This document shows, piece by piece, positions 9,445 through 18,961 of a stretch of 64,000 bases of DNA (position 1 is the first letter of the stretch; every line of letters starts with the position of its first letter). The translations under genes and the position numbers were made by a program. The notes below the pieces were generated by a model. It saw only the letters and a program-made list of their open reading frames with translations, was not told where the DNA came from and did not search any database. Location: positions 117,327 to 181,326 of the forward strand of contig NZ_JAUYGD010000004.1 of the NCBI RefSeq assembly GCF_030690725.1, given 5' to 3'. The stretch comes from Pseudomonas sp. (GTDB lineage Bacteria > Pseudomonadota > Gammaproteobacteria > Pseudomonadales > Pseudomonadaceae).

Positions 9445-10314
9445 GTGCTGAACCCTGCAGATAAGCTCCTGGCGCTGCGCCAACTGGCTACCCTGCGCCT
9501 GTCGGCGGCCAGCGCACTGGTGCGTCAGGGCCAGAGTCTGTGGGTGCTGGCCGACGATGCGCTGGTGCTGCAACGCTACAGCCTGAGTGGCGACTGGCAG
9601 GCTGAGCTGACCCTGCTGCCCGGCGAGTTGCCCGAGGATGCCAAGCAGCGCAAACGTCTTAAACCTGACTTCGAAGCGTTGCTGTCATTACCAGGCGACT
9701 GCCTGCTGGCGCTCGGTTCGGGTTCGACCAAGCGTCGCTGCCGCGGCTGTCTGGTTGAGGCCGGCAGCGTGCGCGTTATCGACCTCAGCCCCTTGTACCA
9801 GGCGCTCGCCGAGCACTTTCAGGACCTGAATATCGAAGGCAGCGTGGTCTATCACGAGCAGTTGCTGCTGGCGCAACGTGGCAACGGTCGAGGTCGGGAG
9901 AATGCCCTGGTGCTGCTCGATTTACCCCAGGTGCTGCGCGATCTGCAGGATGGGCAGCTGAGCGCCGCCGCGCTGCAGCGGATTGTGCCGCTGCAATTGC
10001 CGGAGCTGGACGGCGTGCCACTAAGCCTCACCGATCTCAGCGTGGCACCCAGTGGCGCGCTGTATTTCACCGCGACGGCGGAGGCTACCGACTCCAGCTA
10101 CCTCGACGGTGCCTGCGTTGGCAGTGTGCTCGGGCGGCTGGATGCACAGCTGAGCATCGTCGAGCTGAGCCGTCTGACGCCGGTGGTGAAGATCGAGGGG
10201 CTGGCTTTCCAGGCCGATGGTCGGCCGCTGCTGGTGGCCGATGCCGACGATCCGACGATTGCCTCGCCGCTGTTTACCCTTGATAAATTCAGCGAGCCCG
10301 CGAGCGGCACCTGA
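9445..10314 (+). CDS. Uncharacterised beta-propeller-like protein (DUF6929/esterase-phytase-like)
   Basis: LSAASAL, ADDAL, KPDFEAL, NIEG, KIEGLA, VADADDP motifs; family recalled, start uncertain. Confidence 0.6.
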   Translation: MLNPADKLLALRQLATLRLSAASALVRQGQSLWVLADDALVLQRYSLSGDWQAELTLLPGELPEDAKQRKRLKPDFEALLSLPGDCLLALGSGSTKRRCRGCLVEAGSVRVIDLSPLYQALAEHFQDLNIEGSVVYHEQLLLAQRGNGRGRENALVLLDLPQVLRDLQDGQLSAAALQRIVPLQLPELDGVPLSLTDLSVAPSGALYFTATAEATDSSYLDGACVGSVLGRLDAQLSIVELSRLTPVVKIEGLAFQADGRPLLVADADDPTIASPLFTLDKFSEPASGT

Positions 10315-10320
10315 GCGGCA

Positions 10321-11067
10321 TCAACACTGCAACACAACCTCACCTAAACAGCTGCCATTGCTGCCGAACGTGCGCTCGGCCAGCACGCGGCTGCCGTCGG
10401 CATTGACGATCAACGCAGTACTGGCGCGCGTGCCGTAGGTGACGCTGGCAATAAACACACTGGAGAGCAGGCGTTCGCCGGTCAGGCCGATGCCGGTTTG
10501 CGGCAGCTCAGCATCCGTCGCGCGGGTGGGGTCGGCCAGCAGCTTGAGCAGCATCTGCGGCTGTGGCTCATGTATGCCGTTGTGCAGTGCCTGCTTGGCC
10601 CGTTGCAGCTTGGGCCAGGGCGTGTCCAGGTCGGCATTCGACAGGCCGTGCACGCCTTCCGCCAATGGTGTGGCGCGCCCGGTTAGGGAGTTGAAGTGCC
10701 AGAGTTGCTGGCTGTCACCGAGCAGCAGGTTAAAGCCGCTGTAGTGGTGGCGCCGCTCATGCAGGTCATGCAGAAAATCTTCGATGCTATGGCTGCCGGC
10801 GAGAAAGGCCACCGGCAGCTCGCCCCGTGAGCGGCTGCCTTGAGCCTGGCCGGGGTCGCGAATATTGGTCAGGGCGGCAAAACGTCCGTCAGGGCCGACG
10901 CCTAGCCAGGTGCCGCCGGCCTGCAGGTCGCGCCCGGCAATTACTCCCGGCACATCGGGCCATTCAGCCAGTGGCTGGCTGGGGCGTTCGTAGAATTCAT
11001 CGCGATTGGCGGCCAGCAGCAGCGGCTGGGCATGGCCCGGTCGCCAGGCCAGGACGATCAGGCACAT
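10321..11067 (-). CDS. NRDE/TANGO2 family protein
   Basis: MCL start, NRDEF, GRDLQAGGTWLG, YGTRAST. Confidence 0.93.
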   Translation of the reverse strand: MCLIVLAWRPGHAQPLLLAANRDEFYERPSQPLAEWPDVPGVIAGRDLQAGGTWLGVGPDGRFAALTNIRDPGQAQGSRSRGELPVAFLAGSHSIEDFLHDLHERRHHYSGFNLLLGDSQQLWHFNSLTGRATPLAEGVHGLSNADLDTPWPKLQRAKQALHNGIHEPQPQMLLKLLADPTRATDAELPQTGIGLTGERLLSSVFIASVTYGTRASTALIVNADGSRVLAERTFGSNGSCLGEVVLQC

Positions 11068-11070
11068 GAG

Positions 11071-11439
11071 TTAGCTCCTTAACTTGGCCAGCACGCCGGC
11101 GTTGTCCAGTTCGTTGCCCAGGTGCAGGCGCACCTTGCGCGCGCCGCAGCCGAGGCCGAGTTCCAGCAGGATGCGTTCTTCGACCTGCGACAGGCCGCCT
11201 TCCAGGTGCTCCAGCGGTTGAATCAGCAGCTGCGGTGGCCGGCTCAGGCGCAGAAAACGCTTGGGCAGTAGCTCATCGAGGCCGTGCTGCAACAGCTGCT
11301 GCGCCGCCGCAAAGTCCGCCACCAGCAGGCGCTGATTGCTGAACGCCGGGTCGGCCTGCAGGTGCAGCGCGCGGCCACTTTGCAGGTGCGTCAGGTGCAT
11401 CTGGTTACAGCTCAGCTTCAGGTACAGGGTCGGGCGCAT
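11071..11439 (-). CDS. Small YjaA-like / MreB-subdomain-like protein
   Basis: LEGGLSQVEERILLEL...GARKV resembles the MreB motif (T/S)xVERRA...GAREV; 122 aa. Confidence 0.55.
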   Translation of the reverse strand: MRPTLYLKLSCNQMHLTHLQSGRALHLQADPAFSNQRLLVADFAAAQQLLQHGLDELLPKRFLRLSRPPQLLIQPLEHLEGGLSQVEERILLELGLGCGARKVRLHLGNELDNAGVLAKLRS

Positions 11440-11560
11440 GCTGGTCTATTCCACAGGCGATGCTGGCACTTTACGCAAAGCCTGAGCGGACATCCATCGC
11501 CCAAAGTAGAGTCTGGCCCTGTGCATCCGTTACCATGCCGGATTGTTTGCGGGGGTGCTG

Positions 11561-12343
11561 ATGGAACTGCTGCTGTATTTGATCCTGGGGGCTGCAGCTG
11601 GAACGCTTGCCGGGTTATTTGGCGTAGGCGGCGGCATTATCATCGTGCCAGTGCTGGTGCTGAGTTTTGCTGCGCAGGGCTTTGATCCGATGATTTTGAC
11701 GCATCTGGCGGTAGGCACCTCGCTGGCGACCATCATCTTCACCTCGATCAACTCGGTGCTCGAACATCAGCGTAAAGGCGCCGTGCTGTGGCCGGTATTT
11801 GCCTGGATGACCCTGGGAATTCTGCTCGGCGCCGGGCTTGGCGCGATGACCGCAGCCGCGATTCAAGGGCCGCTGTTGCAGAAGATCATCGGCGTGTTCG
11901 CGATCATTATTGCCGTGCAAATGGCCCTGGAACTGAAACCCAAAGCCAGCCGCACTGTCCCAGGCAAGCCGGCACTGACCCTGGCCGGTGGGGTGATTGG
12001 CTGGGCCTCGGCAATTTTCGGGATTGGCGGCGGTTCGCTGACCGTGCCGTTCCTGACCTGGCGCAGCGTACCGATGCAGCAGGCGGTGGCTACTTCTTCG
12101 GCCTGCGGCCTGCCGATTGCGATAGCCAGCGCCCTGAGTTTTATCTGGCTGGGCTGGGATAAACCCGAGCTGCCGGAGTGGAGCCTGGGTTTCGTCTACC
12201 TGCCGGCGCTGGTCGGTATTGCCATCCCCAGCATGTACTTTGCCCGTGTAGGCGCACGCCTGGCGCACAAGCTGTCGCCGCGTCTGCTCAAGCGTCTGTT
12301 TGCCCTGCTGCTGTTTAGCGTGGGCCTGAGTTTTCTGATTTGA
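11561..12343 (+). CDS. Sulfite exporter TauE/SafE family permease
   Basis: GLFGVGGG and AIFGIGGG repeats, HLAVGTSLA, ~8 TM helices. Confidence 0.9.
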   Translation: MELLLYLILGAAAGTLAGLFGVGGGIIIVPVLVLSFAAQGFDPMILTHLAVGTSLATIIFTSINSVLEHQRKGAVLWPVFAWMTLGILLGAGLGAMTAAAIQGPLLQKIIGVFAIIIAVQMALELKPKASRTVPGKPALTLAGGVIGWASAIFGIGGGSLTVPFLTWRSVPMQQAVATSSACGLPIAIASALSFIWLGWDKPELPEWSLGFVYLPALVGIAIPSMYFARVGARLAHKLSPRLLKRLFALLLFSVGLSFLI

Positions 12344-12352
12344 GGAATTGAA

Positions 12353-13156
12353 ATGCTGCCTTACCCGCAGATCGACCCAGTTGCACTGGCCCTTGGCCCG
12401 CTGAAAATCCATTGGTACGGCCTGATGTACCTGATCGGCATCGGCGGCGCCTGGTGGCTGGCTTCGCGCCGGGTCAACGCCTTCGCGCCAAGCTGGAACA
12501 AGGAGAAGCTCTCCGACCTGGTGTTCTGGGTCGCCATGGGCGTGATTCTCGGTGGCCGCCTGGGTTATGTATTGTTTTACGATTTGGCCGCCTATATCGC
12601 CGAGCCGGTACGCATGCTGCGTATCTGGGAAGGCGGCATGTCGTTCCACGGCGGGCTGATCGGCGTAATGCTGGCCACCTGGTGGTTCGGCAAACGCAAT
12701 AACAAGAGCTTCTTTGAGCTGATGGACTTTATTGCCCCGCTGGTGCCGATTGGTCTGGGTGCCGGGCGCATTGGCAACTTCATTAACGCCGAGCTGTGGG
12801 GCAAGGCCACCGACGTGCCTTGGGCGATGGTCTTCCCTACCGACCCCGAGCAGTTGGCGCGCCATCCTTCGCAGCTGTATCAGTTCGCCCTGGAAGGCGT
12901 GGCGCTGTTCACTATCCTCTGGTTCTACTCGCGTAAACCGCGCCCGACCATGGCTGTGTCCGGCATGTTTGCCATGTGCTACGGGATCTTCCGCTTTATC
13001 GTTGAGTTCGTCCGCGTGCCGGATGCCCAGCTCGGTTACCTGGCTGGCGGCTGGCTGACCATGGGTCAGGTGCTCTGTGTGCCGATGATCCTCGGCGGCC
13101 TGGGTCTGATCGCCTACGCCTACAAACGCCAGGCGGCGCAGGAGGCCGTGCAATGA
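12353..13156 (+). CDS. lgt: Prolipoprotein diacylglyceryl transferase
   Basis: [37 protein letters not shown]. Confidence 0.98.
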   Translation: MLPYPQIDPVALALGPLKIHWYGLMYLIGIGGAWWLASRRVNAFAPSWNKEKLSDLVFWVAMGVILGGRLGYVLFYDLAAYIAEPVRMLRIWEGGMSFHGGLIGVMLATWWFGKRNNKSFFELMDFIAPLVPIGLGAGRIGNFINAELWGKATDVPWAMVFPTDPEQLARHPSQLYQFALEGVALFTILWFYSRKPRPTMAVSGMFAMCYGIFRFIVEFVRVPDAQLGYLAGGWLTMGQVLCVPMILGGLGLIAYAYKRQAAQEAVQ

Positions 13157-13947
13157 AACAGTACCTCGACCTGATGCGTCTGGTTCGTGAGACCGGCACC
13201 TTCAAGAGTGACCGCACCGGCACCGGCACCTACAGCATTTTTGCCCATCAGATGCGCTTCAACCTGGCCGACGGCTTCCCGCTGGTGACCACCAAGAAGT
13301 GCCACCTGAAATCGATCATCCACGAGCTGCTGTGGTTTCTTGCGGGCGACACCAACATCAAGTACCTGAAGGACAACGGCGTACGCATATGGGACGAGTG
13401 GGCCGACGAGAACGGCGATCTTGGCCCGGTTTATGGCTACCAGTGGCGCAGCTGGCCGGCGCCCAATGGCGAGTCGATTGACCAGATCAGCAAGCTGATC
13501 GAGATGATCAAGAAGAACCCCGACTCGCGCCGCCTGATCGTCTCCGCCTGGAACCCGGCGCTGGTCGAGCAGATGGCTCTGCCGCCGTGCCACGCGCTGT
13601 TCCAGTTCTACGTGGCTGACGGCAAGCTGAGCTGCCAGCTGTACCAGCGCTCGGCGGACATTTTTTTGGGCGTGCCATTCAATATCGCCAGCTATGCGCT
13701 GCTGACCTTGATGGTGGCGCAGGTGTGTGGGCTGCAACCGGGCGACTTTATCTGGACCGGCGGCGACTGCCACCTGTACGCCAACCATATCGAGCAGACC
13801 GATCTGCAACTCTCCCGCGAGCCGCTGCCGCTGCCGGTGATGAAGCTCAACCCCGACGTGAAAGACCTGCTGGCCTTCAAGTTCGAAGACTTCGAACTGG
13901 TCGGCTACCAGGCGCATCCGCATATCAGCGCGCCCGTCGCCGTCTGA
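13153..13947 (+). CDS. thyA: Thymidylate synthase
   Basis: [40 protein letters not shown] overlap with lgt. Confidence 0.99.
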   Translation: MKQYLDLMRLVRETGTFKSDRTGTGTYSIFAHQMRFNLADGFPLVTTKKCHLKSIIHELLWFLAGDTNIKYLKDNGVRIWDEWADENGDLGPVYGYQWRSWPAPNGESIDQISKLIEMIKKNPDSRRLIVSAWNPALVEQMALPPCHALFQFYVADGKLSCQLYQRSADIFLGVPFNIASYALLTLMVAQVCGLQPGDFIWTGGDCHLYANHIEQTDLQLSREPLPLPVMKLNPDVKDLLAFKFEDFELVGYQAHPHISAPVAV

Positions 13948-13953
13948 TCGTTA

Positions 13954-14012
13954 ATCGCGGCCATGGGCCGCTCCTACAATGGCAGTTCGTAGGAGCGGCC
14001 CATGGCCGCGAT
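13954..14012. repeat. REP doublet (GTAGGAGCGG family)
   Basis: Perfect 24-bp inverted repeat ATCGCGGCCATGGGCCGCTCCTAC-N11-GTAGGAGCGGCCCATGGCCGCGAT between convergent genes. Confidence 0.85.
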
Positions 14013-14021
14013 GACTTAAAG

Positions 14022-15389
14022 CTAGAGCAACTCCGCCGCCAACTGCTGCACCTGTTCCTGGCGTTCGCCATCTTCCAGCTGCGCGCCAGGGTTGAGTGAC
14101 GACCATTCGGGATGTGCGCGGGCTTTGTGCAGGGCCTCCGGCAGTTTGCCTTCGCGCCAGCTGGCGTCCTGTGGAGTGTTCAGGCTGATGGCCTCGACGG
14201 CGGCATGGCCGCGGGCTTCCAGCGCTTGCAGTAGCAGCTGTTGACGCAGCGCGAGCAGGCGCAGCACGGCGTCGTCCACGGTCAGCTCGCGCTGGCCCTT
14301 GAGCTTGCCTTTCAGCCGCGCACCATAGCCGCGCAGGGTCTGCGCGCTGCCGCCGAGCACGGCACCGATAAGCGCCGCCGCGCCAAGGGTAATGCCACCG
14401 ACCAGCAGATCGACGCCGACCCCGGTGGCCGCGCCCGCCGCCATGCCACCGCCGATATTGATGCCGAGTTGTTTGAGGGTTTCCGGGTTGAACAGATCGT
14501 CACCCCAGCGGCCACCGAGCAAGGGTAGGTCGCCGGCCTTGGCGTCGTTCTGACGGAAGGCGTACAGGCGCAGCAGGGCTTCCACGCAGCGTTGTTCGCG
14601 TTGGCGAATGGTTTGATGCAGGTCGCGGATGGCGCCTTGTTCCAGCACGGCTTGCGCCGCCACGCTACGGCGGCAGGCGGCGCAGTCGAGCAGCAGTTCG
14701 GCAATCAGTCGCGCGCCGCTGCTTTTGCGCAATTGGCGTTGCGCCAGGTGATCGTCGATCAGCCGTTGCAGTTGCGGGCGGGCTTTTTCCTGCAGCAGCG
14801 CCAGGCTGTCATACAGGCGGCGCTCGCCATCTAGCGGTGGCGCCACGCTGTCGAAACACACCAGGGCATGCAGGCCGAGGCGGGCGAGGGCATCGCGCCA
14901 GTCCTGCTCGCGGTGTTGGCTGCTGCTGACGAAGTTCAGCACCGGCAACAATGGCCGGCCGCACATGCTCAACACAGCCAGCTCATCACGGTATTTGGCC
15001 AGCACCGGTTCGCGGGCATCGATCACGTAGAGGCCGGCATCCGAGGCCAGCAGCTGGCGCAGTACCTTGGCTTCCTGTTCGAAACGCTGGCGCGCTTCGC
15101 TGCCTTCGAGAAAGCGCGCCAGCCGTGCTGGGCCATCCAGGCGTTCGCCGGGGCGATCCAGGCGTTCCAGATAGTCCAGCAGGGCGATGGCGTCTTCCAG
15201 GCCGGGGGTGTCGTACAGCTCCAGCAGCGCCTGGCCATCCACCGACAGTCGTGCGCCTTCGACGTGGCGAGTGGTGCTGGGGCGATGGGACACCTCGCCG
15301 AAGCCGACGTCGCGGGTCAGGGTGCGCAGCAGCGAGGTCTTGCCGACATTGGTGTGGCCGACCACGGCCAGCTTGAGCGGGCTGTTCAT
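14022..15389 (-). CDS. GTPase/DUF3482 domain protein
   Basis: G1 GHTNVGKTS, G2 STTR, G3 DTPGLED; glycine-rich hydrophobic C-terminal hairpin. Confidence 0.85.
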   Translation of the reverse strand: MNSPLKLAVVGHTNVGKTSLLRTLTRDVGFGEVSHRPSTTRHVEGARLSVDGQALLELYDTPGLEDAIALLDYLERLDRPGERLDGPARLARFLEGSEARQRFEQEAKVLRQLLASDAGLYVIDAREPVLAKYRDELAVLSMCGRPLLPVLNFVSSSQHREQDWRDALARLGLHALVCFDSVAPPLDGERRLYDSLALLQEKARPQLQRLIDDHLAQRQLRKSSGARLIAELLLDCAACRRSVAAQAVLEQGAIRDLHQTIRQREQRCVEALLRLYAFRQNDAKAGDLPLLGGRWGDDLFNPETLKQLGINIGGGMAAGAATGVGVDLLVGGITLGAAALIGAVLGGSAQTLRGYGARLKGKLKGQRELTVDDAVLRLLALRQQLLLQALEARGHAAVEAISLNTPQDASWREGKLPEALHKARAHPEWSSLNPGAQLEDGERQEQVQQLAAELL

Positions 15390-15401
15390 GACAGACCTCC
15401 A

Positions 15402-15472
15402 GTAGCCCGGATAAGCCTTGGCGTAATCCGGGGCCATGGTTCACCGGATTGCGCTGCGCTTATCCGGGCTAC
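15402..15472. repeat. REP doublet (GTAGCCCGGAT family)
   Basis: GTAGCCCGGATAAGCCTTGGCGTAATCCGGG...CCGGATTGCGCTGCGCTTATCCGGGCTAC; near-identical copy at 39700. Confidence 0.88.
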
Positions 15473-15485
15473 GAAGTGATCGATG

Positions 15486-16880
15486 TCAGTCATGGCCATG
15501 CTCCAGCCAGCTAAACGGCGCACTGCCGCTGTAGCTGAGCTGCAATTGTTCCAGTGCGCGGTGCCAGTCGCCCAGGCGGGCGCTGTCCAGTGCTTCACCG
15601 GGCGGCGGTGGCAGCAGCCAGATCCGTGTGGCGCTGGCCGTGCGTGCCAGTTCACCGAGCAGTGCCAGGCTGCCCCGGTCCGGCGAGCGGCGTGGGTCGC
15701 AGGCGATCAGCAGGCGCGCCGGCGGGAAGCGGTTGAGCTGGTCGAGCAGCTGATTGCGCTGCTCGCGGCTGTCGATCACCCCGGCATCGCCGATGCCCTT
15801 GGGTAGAGCGGGTGGCCAGTTGCGCTGCGGGTCCAGTTCGACTGCTACCAATAACGCGCCCTGGCTGCCTTCGCTGTGGTTGCCAGCCTGCGGTTGATGC
15901 AGCTGCGTTGGCGCTGCATCGAACACGCCGAGGCGTTCGCTACTCGGTTGCAGGCGTTCGCGCAGCAGGCTGTAGCCAGGCAAGCTGAGATCCAGGCTTA
16001 GTGCGGCGCAACCGCGGCGCCAGCGCCATAGGCAGAGCAGCAGCAGGCCCAGGCGCGGCAGTATGCCGTAGACCACCAATACGCCGACCAACCAGCCGGC
16101 CCAGCTCAGCCGCGCGCTTTCGTTGGCCAGGGCGCTGTCGCCGCTGGCGCGGATCAGTTCAGCATCCGGCAGGCTGAAACCGAGCAGCGCCGGCAGGCTG
16201 CCGATGGCCTGAATCATGGCGATAAAGCTGTCGCCGCCGAGCAGGGTGCTTTCCCAGACAAAGCCGTAACGGCGGGTGGCCAACAGGGCCAGCAGGGTCA
16301 GCAGGGCGGTGATTAAGGTCAGCAGCCAGAAACCCTGCACCAGTACGCCCAGCCCCCAGCGACTGAGGCGCTGGCGTTGCAACATCAGCAGCAGGGCGGG
16401 TGCCAGTTGTGCGGCCTGGGCATCACGGGCAAGTTTGGCGCTCAGCCATAACCACAGATGGCCGAGGGCGCCCGCGCTGTCGCGGCTTAGCAGCAGGCCC
16501 AGTGCCCAACCCAGCAGCAGGAGCAGGTTCAGCCCGAGCAGACTGCCCAGGGCCCAGAACACATTGACCGGACGCAGGCCATCGCCCAATGCCGCCACCG
16601 CCAGGCCGCTGCCGCTAAGGATGGCCAGCAATACCAGCAGCAGCCCGGCCAGGCGTGCGCCCTGTAGCCAGTGCTGCAGCGCTTGCACCTGGCCGTCGCG
16701 CTCGCCCAGCCACCAGGCGCGGGTCTGGATGCGTTCGTCGAGTGCGCCACCTTGGGCCTGGGCGCGGCGGTTGGCTTCGCTGTCCTCCAGCGGGCCAGCA
16801 TGCTCCTCGCGCAGGCGGATGCTTTCACTGAGCCAGAGGCGTTGCAGGCGGTTGGGCGTGGGGTGGTCGAGTGGGCTCAC
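15486..16880 (-). CDS. DUF2868 domain membrane protein
   Basis: RPVNVFWAL, RYGFVWESTLL, YGILPRL, PDRGSL motifs; paired with the GTPase; GTG start inferred. Confidence 0.8.
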   Translation of the reverse strand: MSPLDHPTPNRLQRLWLSESIRLREEHAGPLEDSEANRRAQAQGGALDERIQTRAWWLGERDGQVQALQHWLQGARLAGLLLVLLAILSGSGLAVAALGDGLRPVNVFWALGSLLGLNLLLLLGWALGLLLSRDSAGALGHLWLWLSAKLARDAQAAQLAPALLLMLQRQRLSRWGLGVLVQGFWLLTLITALLTLLALLATRRYGFVWESTLLGGDSFIAMIQAIGSLPALLGFSLPDAELIRASGDSALANESARLSWAGWLVGVLVVYGILPRLGLLLLCLWRWRRGCAALSLDLSLPGYSLLRERLQPSSERLGVFDAAPTQLHQPQAGNHSEGSQGALLVAVELDPQRNWPPALPKGIGDAGVIDSREQRNQLLDQLNRFPPARLLIACDPRRSPDRGSLALLGELARTASATRIWLLPPPPGEALDSARLGDWHRALEQLQLSYSGSAPFSWLEHGHD

Positions 16881-17051
16881 GCGGTGTTCCATAAACGAGT
16901 GGAAAGCAGAGCATAACCGCAGCGGCCGGCACATGGCACAGCGCTGCGCGCGTGTACTCCTGTGGCCAGTCCGGCTAGGCTGCTGGTAGTGGGCGGCCGG
17001 GTGTCTCGGTCAGCAGCCGCTGAACACATAACAATAAAAGCGAGTGCCATC

Positions 17052-18227
17052 GTGAAGTTACCGCATCTGGAGTGGGTCAATCAGGATTCGCCGTACCTGC
17101 GTCAGCATCAGCAGGGCTTTCGCGCGCTGAGTTTTGACGATGAACTGGAGCAGGCGTTCAAGCGTTATCACGCCAACGTGTTCCTGCGGCGTATGCGCTG
17201 GTCATTGCTGGTGGCGACGCTGCTGGCGTTGCTGTTTGTGCTGCTGGATGCGATAAATCTGCCGGACCCACTGCGCGGTCGGATACTCGCCCTGCGCCTG
17301 GGGATAATCCAGCCGATGCTGCTGCTGGCCTGGCTGGCCACCTATCGACCGGGCTTGCGTGATCACCTGCAGCTGATCGGCGGCATTGTGGCGCTGCTCT
17401 CCGGCCTCGCGGTGGCGGGCATCATCGGCTTGGCCCGTTATCACAGCTTTGCCTTGCCCTATGAGGGCATCATCCTGGTTACGGTGTTCTTCTACTTTCT
17501 CACCGGTCTGCGTTTTGCCACCGCCGTGCTGTGCGGCTGGGGGACCTTCGTGGCATATCTGGCGGTGGAGTTGAGCATCGGCCTGGCGGGCGAGGCGCTG
17601 CTGAACAATGCCTTGTTTCTCGCCCTGGCCAATGTCATTGGCTCGGTGGGCTGCTATTCCCTGGAATATGCCACGCGGCAGAATTTCCTCGCCCATGGCC
17701 TGCTGCAGGACCTGGCTGAGAAGGATTTCCTCACCGGGCTGCTCAATCGTCGCGCCTTTACCGAGCGTGCCGAGCGCAGCTGGCGCCAGGCGCAGCGGGA
17801 AAAGCAGGCCCTGGGCGTGGTGATGATGGATGTCGACTTCTTCAAGCGTTACAACGACCACTATGGCCACGCGGCCGGTGACGAGGCGTTGCGCCAGGTG
17901 GCCCGGGTGATCGGCGAGCATGCCCGGCGGCCGCTGGATTGTGCGGCGCGTTATGGCGGCGAGGAGTTTGTCGGCGTCTGGTATGGCCTGGATGAAGCGC
18001 AACTGCTGGCGATTCTGCAGGACATCCGCAGCGCCATCGAAGCCCTGGGCCTGACGCATGCCCATTCGGATGCCGCCGGCGTGGTTACGCTGAGCATCGG
18101 CATGGCCTACCTCACGCCACAGCCGCATCAGAGCCTGGGCGATGCCCTGCGCCTGGCGGATGTCGCGCTCTACCTGGCCAAGGAACAGGGACGCAACCGT
18201 GTGGTGGGCAAGCGTCAGGATGGTTAA
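17052..18227 (+). CDS. Membrane-bound diguanylate cyclase
   Basis: Multi-TM N-terminus; DFLTGLLNRR, DVDFFKRYND, RPLD I-site, GGEEF; GTG start inferred. Confidence 0.9.
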   Translation: MKLPHLEWVNQDSPYLRQHQQGFRALSFDDELEQAFKRYHANVFLRRMRWSLLVATLLALLFVLLDAINLPDPLRGRILALRLGIIQPMLLLAWLATYRPGLRDHLQLIGGIVALLSGLAVAGIIGLARYHSFALPYEGIILVTVFFYFLTGLRFATAVLCGWGTFVAYLAVELSIGLAGEALLNNALFLALANVIGSVGCYSLEYATRQNFLAHGLLQDLAEKDFLTGLLNRRAFTERAERSWRQAQREKQALGVVMMDVDFFKRYNDHYGHAAGDEALRQVARVIGEHARRPLDCAARYGGEEFVGVWYGLDEAQLLAILQDIRSAIEALGLTHAHSDAAGVVTLSIGMAYLTPQPHQSLGDALRLADVALYLAKEQGRNRVVGKRQDG

Positions 18228-18291
18228 GGGTACTGAGCCGGTTCTGAGGCAAGGCTTCAATGATCGCCACGCAGACGGTATTCTCGCGCCT

Positions 18292-18804
18292 ATGAAAAAT
18301 TCCCTGCCTCTCTGCATGATCGCCGCCCTCGCGGAAAACCGCGTGATCGGCCGCGATAACCAACTGCCCTGGCATTTGCCGGCGGATCTCAAGCACTTCA
18401 AGGCGCTGACTCTGGGCAAGCCGATCATCATGGGTCGCAAGACCTGGGATTCCCTCGGCCGGCCCTTGCCGGGTCGGCTTAATCTGGTGGTCAGCCGTCA
18501 ACCCGGTTTGCAGCTGGAAGGCGCGGAAGTGTTCGCCAGCCTCGACGCTGCGCTCGAACGTGCCGAGGCCTGGGCGCGCGAAGAAGATGCCGAGGAGCTG
18601 ATGCTGATTGGCGGCGCACAGTTGTACGAATTGGGCCTGGCCCAGGCCGACCGTCTATACCTGACCCGCGTCGGTATCAGTCCCCAGGGCGATGCCTACT
18701 TCCCCGAAGTGGCCGATGCTGACTGGCACCTGTCTTCCGCCATCGAACACCCGGAAGGGCTGGAAACGCCGGGCTATGTGTTTGAGGTGTGGGATCGCAA
18801 ATAG
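18292..18804 (+). CDS. folA: Dihydrofolate reductase
   Basis: IGRDNQLPWHLPADL, IMGRKTW, RPLPGR, IGGAQLY, GDAYFP. Confidence 0.97.
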   Translation: MKNSLPLCMIAALAENRVIGRDNQLPWHLPADLKHFKALTLGKPIIMGRKTWDSLGRPLPGRLNLVVSRQPGLQLEGAEVFASLDAALERAEAWAREEDAEELMLIGGAQLYELGLAQADRLYLTRVGISPQGDAYFPEVADADWHLSSAIEHPEGLETPGYVFEVWDRK

Positions 18805-18961
18805 CCCGTACGGGCTGAGTTTTTCCGCGCTGCATTGATCTCCGCCAGAGTGGGCGCCGATAGGGCGTGCCACTCTGCGCGTCGTTGTTGCGTAGCGTTA
18901 ACGCATGCTTTGCTGGCCGCTACGCTGTCTATTGTTGTTTTCCCTCTACAGGTTGTTCCCC

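Noticed and set aside
9428-9451. Short ORF MSARRSC overlapping the ptsP stop as sign of a frameshifted DUF6929 start
   Set aside because: An in-frame GTG at 9445 gives a complete-looking protein; no homolog alignment available to support a frameshift.
11615-13153. Long antisense ORFs (also 17202-18440, 45830-47155, 48325-50037, 60260-62191, 3692-5053)
   Set aside because: Shadow ORFs opposite well-recognised genes; expected in high-GC coding DNA and without motifs or RBS.
16935-16950. TGGCAC-like sigma-54 sites at about 16935 and 11464
   Set aside because: GG-to-GC spacing is 9 and 8 nt rather than the obligatory 10.
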